DNA from: Candidatus Fermentibacteraceae bacterium
GTDB lineage: Bacteria > Fermentibacterota > Fermentibacteria > Fermentibacterales > JCC-6
DNA: 22,082 bases
Direction: 5' to 3'
NCBI GenBank assembly: GCA_041686025.1
Contig: JAWLEP010000040.1
Span: 1-22,082 of the forward strand
In this document: piece by piece, positions 15,951 through 22,082 of the stretch
Layout: every line of letters starts with the position of its first letter
Numbering within the stretch: the stretch's first letter is position 1
Notes under the pieces: generated by a model
Told to the model about the DNA's origin: nothing
Database searches by the model: none
What the model saw: the letters and a program-made list of their open reading frames with translations, nothing else
Program-made: the position numbers and the translations under genes

Positions 15951-17423
15951 ATGGCCGAGCTCAGCGCCGCCGAGCGCACCTGGATGGACAGCGTCATCCG
16001 GGAGGACGAGATAGACCGGTACCTGGAGGACGGCAGGGACTTCATAGATTCCGAGCTGATCTGGGGCGAGCTGGAGCGGCAGCGGGACCCCTCGCCCTTC
16101 CGGATAAGGGAGATAGTCGCCAAGTCCAGGGAGCTGGAGAGGCTGGAGCCGAACGAGACCGCCGCCCTCCTGAACTGCGACGACCCCCAGCTGTGGGAGG
16201 AGATGTACGAGGCTGGCCTGGAGATCAAGCAGCACGTCTACGGCAGGCGGATAGTCACCTTCGCCCCCCTGTACATCTCCAACTACTGCGTCAACAACTG
16301 CGCCTACTGCGGCTTCCGGCGCGAGAACACCTCCGTGGAGCGCAAGTGCCTCAGCGAGGAGGAGCTGCGGCGGGAGACGCTGGCCCTGATCCGGAAGGGC
16401 CACAAGCGGCTCATCATGGTGTACGGCGAGCATCCCATGACCGGGGCGGACTTCATCGCCGACACCCTGCGTACCGTCTACTCGGTGAAGGAGGGGGCGG
16501 GGGAGATACGCCGGGCCAACGTCAACGCGGCCCCGTTCGGCATAGAGGACCTCCGGAAGCTGCACGAGGTGGGAATCGGCACCTACCAGGTGTTTCAGGA
16601 GACATACCACCCCGAGACCTACCGCCGGCTCCATCCCAAGGACACGCTGAAGGGCCACATGCGCTGGCGCCTCTACTGCATGCACCGGGCCATGGAGGCC
16701 GAGGTGGACGACGTGGGCATAGGCGCCCTCTTCGGCCTCTTCGACTACCGCTTCGAGGTGATGGGCCTGCTGCTGCACACCATCGACCTCGAGCGCCGCT
16801 TCGACGGCGTGGGCCCGCACACCATCAGCTTCCCGCGGCTGGAGCCGGCCGTGAACACCCCGTACGTGGAGAAGTCGAGCTACAGGATAGACGACGAGAC
16901 CCTGAAGAGGATCGTGGCCGTGCTGAGGCTCTCGGTTCCCTACACCGGGCTGATACTCACCGCCCGGGAGCCCGCGGAGGTCCGCAGGGAGGTGATTCCC
17001 GTGGGCGTCACCCAGATAGACGCCGGATCCAACATAGGCATCGGGGGCTACGCCGACGGCAACATCGTGGGGGAGAAGCAGCAGTTCATGCTTTCGGACA
17101 ACCGCAGCCTCGACGAGGTGATCGCGGAGCTGGTGGACATGGGTATGATCACCAGCTTCTGCACCGCCGGCTACCGCTGCGGCCGCACCGGCCACTACTT
17201 CATGGACATCGCCAAGGAGGGCAAGGTCCACACCCTCTGCATGCCCAACGCCATCCTCACCTTCGCCGAGTACCTGTCCGACTACGCCTCCGAGGAGACC
17301 CGGAAGAAGGGCTGGAAGCTGCTGAGCCGCGAGCTCGAGGAGCTTCCCGGCGAGGAGCTCCGTCAGCGGGTGGGCGAGCTTCTGAACAAGGTGAAGAGGG
17401 GGGAGAGGGACCTCTACCTCTGA
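15951..17423 (+). CDS. hydG: [FeFe]-hydrogenase H-cluster radical SAM maturase HydG
   Basis: FAPLYISNYCVNNCAYCGF (CxxxCxxC), YQVFQETYH, DDVGIG, GPHTISFPR (dangler-Fe His), C-terminal CTAGYRC-x19-CMPNA auxiliary cluster; 490 aa, longer than ThiH. Confidence 0.92.
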   Translation: MAELSAAERTWMDSVIREDEIDRYLEDGRDFIDSELIWGELERQRDPSPFRIREIVAKSRELERLEPNETAALLNCDDPQLWEEMYEAGLEIKQHVYGRRIVTFAPLYISNYCVNNCAYCGFRRENTSVERKCLSEEELRRETLALIRKGHKRLIMVYGEHPMTGADFIADTLRTVYSVKEGAGEIRRANVNAAPFGIEDLRKLHEVGIGTYQVFQETYHPETYRRLHPKDTLKGHMRWRLYCMHRAMEAEVDDVGIGALFGLFDYRFEVMGLLLHTIDLERRFDGVGPHTISFPRLEPAVNTPYVEKSSYRIDDETLKRIVAVLRLSVPYTGLILTAREPAEVRREVIPVGVTQIDAGSNIGIGGYADGNIVGEKQQFMLSDNRSLDEVIAELVDMGMITSFCTAGYRCGRTGHYFMDIAKEGKVHTLCMPNAILTFAEYLSDYASEETRKKGWKLLSRELEELPGEELRQRVGELLNKVKRGERDLYL

Positions 17424-17704
17424 TGCTTGCCGACAGGCGGAGGCTGGCCCGCAGGCTGGAGGACGAAGCCCGCAGGCTCTCTCGGGACCATTCGGGCCTG
17501 CACGTCCGCTTCGTCGAGGTGGTGGGCCGGCGGCTGTCGCACCTGGCCGGCCGGCCCGACGGGCTGACTTCAGCAGAGACCCGGGTGGAGATCACTCCCA
17601 GGCTGGTGGCCCTCCTGTCCGGACCCGGCCGCACCGAGCTGGACGCCGCAGACTGGGCCGGGCGGCTCAAGGAGGCTCTGGCCGAAGAGGGCCTGCTCCG
17701 CTAG
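17423..17704 (+). CDS. Hypothetical 93-aa protein translationally coupled to hydG
   Basis: TGATG overlap; MLADRRRLARRLEDEARRLSRDHSGLHVRFVEVVGRRLSHLAG...EALAEEGLLR. It is the tail of the 16193..17704 track ORF. Confidence 0.7.
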   Translation: MLADRRRLARRLEDEARRLSRDHSGLHVRFVEVVGRRLSHLAGRPDGLTSAETRVEITPRLVALLSGPGRTELDAADWAGRLKEALAEEGLLR

Positions 17705-17780
17705 CAACCACATCTTACTCAAGGTTTTCACAGTAAATTACCTCCGTCCCCATTTAGTGGGGGGGAGGGGGGATAATAGG

Positions 17781-18245
17781 TCAGAGGCGGTTCAGGTCCA
17801 CCAGCCAGCGGCCGTTCACCAGGACCACGTAGAACTCCACTGCCCGGTCCCCGGACCCGGTCACCACCCGGGCCTGCTCCGGACTCACGTACTCCACCGA
17901 CTCTATCTCCAGGTCGGGGTCGGCGGGCGGGTCCGAGGCCAGGGCTATGCGCCGGAAGAGGTCCCTGCCGTCGAGTCCCTCGAACTCCTCCTCCGTGATG
18001 GGTCCGGTGATGGCGTCGATGCTTCCCTCCACCTCGCTCCATCCCAGCTCATGGAGCCCGGCCGCGGCGGAGTCGTACCAGCTGCGCGTGTCCGGGGCCA
18101 GCAGGTCCCAGGCCCGCTGATAGCTGGAGTCGGAGAACGCCTCAATCAGCGCCAGCACTGCCTCCTCCGGCTTGGGCTCGCCGCCGCAGCCTGCCGCCAG
18201 CAGGAGCACCAGCAGCCCTTCCGCGATTCTGCGCACTCCCTGCAT
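17781..18245 (-). CDS. Hypothetical lipoprotein (NTF2-like/DUF4878-like)
   Basis: ATG 18245 after GAGAGGGA; lipobox LAAGC; PEEAV...AWDLL...VLVNGRWLVD pattern. Confidence 0.7.
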   Translation of the reverse strand: MQGVRRIAEGLLVLLLAAGCGGEPKPEEAVLALIEAFSDSSYQRAWDLLAPDTRSWYDSAAAGLHELGWSEVEGSIDAITGPITEEEFEGLDGRDLFRRIALASDPPADPDLEIESVEYVSPEQARVVTGSGDRAVEFYVVLVNGRWLVDLNRL

Positions 18246-18427
18246 AGTCCCTCTCTTCCTGCGGCGTGCTCTTCCAATATTGCGGCAGCGGACCCGGCCG
18301 AAAAGACCGCCCGGGGGACCCTCGGCGCCGCTTGTCAGCGGAGTTGGCCGGGCCCATATTGGCCCCATTGCAGGGGCAAGTGCAGCGGAGGGCTGCAGCC
18401 ACGCCCTCACAGACAGCTTGGGGCACC

Positions 18428-20230
18428 ATGCGTACAACTTCGCACATCCTCGCCGCGACATTGCTGGCCATCGCTTTCGCGTCTTCTGCGTCTACCGGGG
18501 ACGATGACGATATAGACAGCCTGTGGGGCGACTCCGGCGCGGAGGAGAGCTCCCGGGACGCCGATACCCACCAGTGGTACACCCCCGAGCCCGCCCCTCC
18601 TTCCAGCGAGGTGACCCTGCCCTCTTCCGGCACGGTCTGGGAGCACGGACAGACCGGGGTGAGAATCGAGTGGAGGGGCTTCGAGGGCGAAGAGGTGCGG
18701 ATCGAGCTGCTGGAGAGCGGCCAGAAGATCGCCGACCTCAGGCCCTGGCATGCCAGCGACGGCTCCTTCATCCGCTCGGCTCCGGTACCCGAGGCCTGGG
18801 GCAGCGGCGAGCACTTCCAGGTACGGGTCGCCGGCCGCAGCGGGGAGGCCGCCACCAGCGGGGAGTTCCAGATCCTGGCTCCCTTCACCGTCGTTACCCC
18901 TAACCGCCATACATTCTGGGCCCACAACCAGGAGTACCCCCTGGTCAGCTGGACCAGCATAGCGGGCCAGCGGGTGAGGATAGATCTGTGCAGAGCTGCC
19001 GACTCCTCCGTGGTTACCAGCGTGGGGGGCTGGATACCCAATGAGGGCTCCTACAGGGTTCCGCTGGTCTCCTCGGAGTGGGGCACGGGCGAGGACTTCC
19101 TGCTTCGAATAACCGACGACCTCGGCAACTACACCTACAGCCAGCCCTTTGCCATCTACGGCATTCGGGTGGAGTCACCCACGGCGGGGGACGTCTGGGA
19201 GGTGGGGCGGACGCCGCCGCAGATAAGCTGGAGCTGCATGGGCACCCTGGTGAAGGTGGAGCTGTACAGGGAGTCGGAGGCCGAGCCGGAGACCGTGCTG
19301 GCGGACTGGATGCCCAACACCGGATCCCTGACCATCGACCGCGACATCGACGGATCCGTCCTGGACGTAGGAGGCCGGTACTTCGTGAAGATCACCAACG
19401 ACATGGAGCAGGTGGGCTACAGCAGCTCCTTCGAGGTGGCGTACAGCGACAACGTGGTGCTGGGGGCCGGCCGGCTGGCGGGCACGGCCTCGGGCAGGAT
19501 CGATCCGGCGGGAGACAACGACTACTGGATGGTCTCGGTACCGGAGGGTAAGCTCAGCAGGGTCCAGGTGGAGTCGGAGATCCCCATGGAGGTCTCCGTG
19601 CTCACGGCCGACTCCAACCGGTCAACCGTTGCCTCCTCGGTCTCGGGAAGGGTGGAGTGGTTCTCTGAGACCGGAGGCGAGTACTACGTGAACGTCACCT
19701 CCACGTCATCCGAAGCGGAGGGAGCCTACGGGCTGGAGTACTCCTACTCAAGGCCCGTCAGCTCCGGTCACTCCTGGGTGTTCTCCCTGTCCGCGGGGGG
19801 CTCTCTGGGGGACTACCGCGACGTGGCCGACGGCAGGCTCACCATAGGTGTGGGCTGGCTCCCGTACGACTGGCTGGAGGTGGGACTCAGTCTCACCGCC
19901 CAGAGCATAAAGCCCGGCATATACGCAGCAGAGCCCTGCTCCACAAAGGTATACACCGGCCCATACGCCGGAGTGCGGACGGGGATATTCCGGGGTCTGA
20001 GCGGCTTTGCCGGCATCGACCTGATGATAGGCCTTGACAACACCGAGCGCGACCTGCTCCCCGAGTACCAGGAGTACGACGAGGCGCTGGCCGGCGGGGC
20101 CGGACTCTACCTGGGCCTGGACCACCGGCTGTTCAGCCTTGGCTCTCTGGGCATGTACCTGCAGGCCAGGTACATGACCTACGCAGACACCGACGGCCTC
20201 TTCGACGTCGGGCTCTACGGGGCCCTCTGA
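18428..20230 (+). CDS. Exported protein: three Ig-like repeats, PPC-like domain and putative C-terminal beta-barrel
   Basis: Signal peptide from ATG 18428; three ~90-aa repeats (VxxP..W..I.W..V.I.L..W..G...S..F.I); GRIDPAGDNDYW...GEYYVNV...GAYGL; amphipathic strands at the C-terminus. Confidence 0.75.
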   Translation: MRTTSHILAATLLAIAFASSASTGDDDDIDSLWGDSGAEESSRDADTHQWYTPEPAPPSSEVTLPSSGTVWEHGQTGVRIEWRGFEGEEVRIELLESGQKIADLRPWHASDGSFIRSAPVPEAWGSGEHFQVRVAGRSGEAATSGEFQILAPFTVVTPNRHTFWAHNQEYPLVSWTSIAGQRVRIDLCRAADSSVVTSVGGWIPNEGSYRVPLVSSEWGTGEDFLLRITDDLGNYTYSQPFAIYGIRVESPTAGDVWEVGRTPPQISWSCMGTLVKVELYRESEAEPETVLADWMPNTGSLTIDRDIDGSVLDVGGRYFVKITNDMEQVGYSSSFEVAYSDNVVLGAGRLAGTASGRIDPAGDNDYWMVSVPEGKLSRVQVESEIPMEVSVLTADSNRSTVASSVSGRVEWFSETGGEYYVNVTSTSSEAEGAYGLEYSYSRPVSSGHSWVFSLSAGGSLGDYRDVADGRLTIGVGWLPYDWLEVGLSLTAQSIKPGIYAAEPCSTKVYTGPYAGVRTGIFRGLSGFAGIDLMIGLDNTERDLLPEYQEYDEALAGGAGLYLGLDHRLFSLGSLGMYLQARYMTYADTDGLFDVGLYGAL

Positions 20231-20247
20231 CCGCCCCGGGCTCGTCC

Positions 20248-21639
20248 ATGGGCTTCACCCACCTGTTCATCGCCCATTCCTCCAGCGATGAGGACGCTGC
20301 CCACCGGATGCTCCGCTGTCTTGAATCCGAGGGCATAAGGTGCTGGATAGCCCCCCGGGACATACCCCTGGGCGTGCAGTGGGCCGAGGCCATACTGGAC
20401 GCCATCGAGGATTCCTCCGCCATGCTCCTGGTGTTCTCCCGCAGCGCCAACGCCTCCCCCCAGGTCCTGCGGGAGATAGAGAGGGCGGTGGACAGGAGGG
20501 TCCCCATCTACCCGGTGAAGATCGAGGACGTGGAGCCCTCCCGGGCCATGGAGTACTATCTCAGCAGCCACCAGTGGAAAAAGGTGGACCCCGGGCATCT
20601 GGAGGAGCGGATGGAGGAGCTGATCCCCACCATCAAGAGCCACCTGGGGCTGGCGGAGGGCCCGGCCGTCGAGGAGGACCGCATAGAGGGCTGGGGGCCG
20701 GCAGGTCCCGGGGAGGTCCGCCGGCCGCCCAGACGCAGATGGGTTCCGGGCGCGGCAGTTGCGGCGGCTGCCGCCGCGACCGCCGCCCTTCTCTTCGGCT
20801 TCGGGGTACTTCCACCGAGTGGAGACGACTCCGCCCCCTCGTCGCCGGATACGGCAGCAGTGGAGCAACCTGCCGACACCCTTGCACAACCCGCCAGGCC
20901 CTCCGCCGGAGACCTGTTCGAAGGCCCCCTGCCGGGCATGGTCTTCGCCCACGTTCCCGCAGGGAGCTTCACCATGGGGGCATCGGACTCCGGCCCGCCG
21001 GCGGACTCCGACGAGCTGCCCGCGCACAGGGTGGAGCTGGGCGCCTTCGAGATGATGACCACGGAGGTAACCCAGGAGATGTGGGTGGAGGTAATGGGTG
21101 AGAACCCCTCCTACAACCCGGGGGAGGGAATGCCGGTGGAATCGGTGTCATGGAGCGAATGCAGGCGATTCGCCGACAGCCTCAACTCCCGCGACCCCGG
21201 CCGTGGTTACCGCCTGCCCACCGAGGCGGAATGGGAATACGCCTGCCGGGCCGGTTCGGACGGGCCCTACTTCTGGGGTGCGGACACCACCGCCGCCGTG
21301 ATGGGCGGCTACTGCTGGTACTCGGCCAACTCGGAGGGGAGGACTCACCCAGTAGGCCTCAAGTCACCCAATCCATGGGGCCTGAGGGACATGGCCGGAA
21401 ACGTCCTGGAATGGTGCGCCGACGGCTACCATCCGTCCCACCGGGGAGCGCCGGACGACGGAAGCGCCCGTCCCCCGACAGCGGACTCCACCCGGGTGGT
21501 GAAGGGCGGAAGCGCCCGCAACAGCCCGGCTGGTTGCCGCTGCTCCGCCAGGAGCCTCTATCCCCCCGGCGGCCAGTCGCCCGGCATAGGCTTCCGCCTG
21601 GTTCGCAGCCCCCTTGAACCTGGCGGCGAGCCGGACTGA
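20248..21639 (+). CDS. TIR domain - transmembrane helix - FGE-sulfatase (SUMF1/CLec-fold) protein
   Basis: FIAHSSSD, CWIAPRDIP, SPQVLREIERA (TIR); RRPPRRR plus hydrophobic helix; FTMG, TEVTQ, PVESVSW, RLPTEAEWEYACRAG, NPWGLRDMAGNVLEW, KGGS, GFRLV. Confidence 0.92.
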   Translation: MGFTHLFIAHSSSDEDAAHRMLRCLESEGIRCWIAPRDIPLGVQWAEAILDAIEDSSAMLLVFSRSANASPQVLREIERAVDRRVPIYPVKIEDVEPSRAMEYYLSSHQWKKVDPGHLEERMEELIPTIKSHLGLAEGPAVEEDRIEGWGPAGPGEVRRPPRRRWVPGAAVAAAAAATAALLFGFGVLPPSGDDSAPSSPDTAAVEQPADTLAQPARPSAGDLFEGPLPGMVFAHVPAGSFTMGASDSGPPADSDELPAHRVELGAFEMMTTEVTQEMWVEVMGENPSYNPGEGMPVESVSWSECRRFADSLNSRDPGRGYRLPTEAEWEYACRAGSDGPYFWGADTTAAVMGGYCWYSANSEGRTHPVGLKSPNPWGLRDMAGNVLEWCADGYHPSHRGAPDDGSARPPTADSTRVVKGGSARNSPAGCRCSARSLYPPGGQSPGIGFRLVRSPLEPGGEPD

Positions 21640-21866
21640 CTGGCTACATCCCAGCAGATGGCCCCGCGCTGTGCCCTGCCCCCGTCACATTCTCCGCAGT
21701 CCATTCATGGCCTAGACAGGCCATAGGGCAGTATCGCATCTGCTCAATCCGGCGGGGCATCTTAACCGATTATCGAACTCAGACCGCTGCCTATTCGGTA
21801 GAGCACATGAATATGCTGAGTAATGTTACAGCGTAGCAGGTTGCTTTCGGCAGAAGCTGGTCAGCT

Positions 21867-22082
21867 CTATAGCTTGACCACGCTGATGGAGGCCAGCCTG
21901 CCATCGGAAGCCCCCCGGACGATGTAGGTGCCCGAGGACAGCTCCTCTCCCGAGCCGTCTGTCCCGTCCCAGAAGAAGGAGCCGTCTGCGGGATCGGCCA
22001 CCAGCGACCGGACCATCCGTCCGCTGATGTCGTAGACCGCGATCTGTCCCGGAGGGGGATCTGCATTGGTCGTGAATATCAC
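21867..22082 (-). CDS. C-terminal end of a secreted protein with FlgD-Ig/T9SS type A-like sorting domain (partial)
   Basis: IAVYDISGRMVRSL...WDGTDGSGEELSSGTYIVR...VVKL*; the ORF is open at the window end. Confidence 0.85.
   Translation of the reverse strand: MIFTTNADPPPGQIAVYDISGRMVRSLVADPADGSFFWDGTDGSGEELSSGTYIVRGASDGRLASISVVKL

Noticed and set aside
15951..17423. ThiH tyrosine lyase as an alternative call
   Set aside because: The C-terminal Cys-rich extension and GPHTIS His are HydG-specific, and no thi genes are adjacent.
17741..17772. G-quadruplex in the G-rich convergent gap
   Set aside because: Only two long G runs, and they are better explained by pairing with upstream CCTCCGTCCCC as a terminator-like hairpin.
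21490..21866. Diversity-generating retroelement targeting the FGE/CLec C-terminus
   Set aside because: No template repeat with adenine-specific differences and no reverse transcriptase in the window; a remote DGR cannot be excluded.
1..22082. tRNA, rRNA, CRISPR array or selenocysteine recoding
   Set aside because: None recognised; TGA stops fall at natural protein ends.

Overview
GC-rich bacterial chromosomal segment. The FlgD-Ig/T9SS-like C-terminal domain, lipoprotein sulfatase, beta-barrel proteins and HydG suggest an anaerobic diderm, probably FCB-group such as Ca. Fermentibacteria (inference only). The left ~3.4 kb looks accessory or decayed: a cupin gene start, a broken O-antigen-ligase-like gene, an IS3/IS51-group remnant and a Thr-type sulfatase-like lipoprotein. 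Next come a parE-parC type IIA topoisomerase operon preceded by four phased NrdR-box-like sites, a V4R protein, purC, cysC plus an MFS transporter, and an OM beta-barrel. A divergent pair of operons follows: cysteine synthase-HAD (minus) and Mrp/NifX-MBL-hydG-orf (plus). The right end has a lipoprotein, an Ig-repeat/PPC/beta-barrel protein, a TIR-TM-FGE(CLec) protein and the end of a secreted protein. The most striking unannotated element is the ~240-nt leader of the cysteine synthase gene. It holds two tandem Cys-Thr-Cys-Pro leader peptides: the first is wired to a terminator/antiterminator, the second to a long hairpin that hides the cysK Shine-Dalgarno. This looks like a two-tier cysteine-sensing attenuator, and its promoter overlaps the divergent promoter of the Fe-S/HydG operon.
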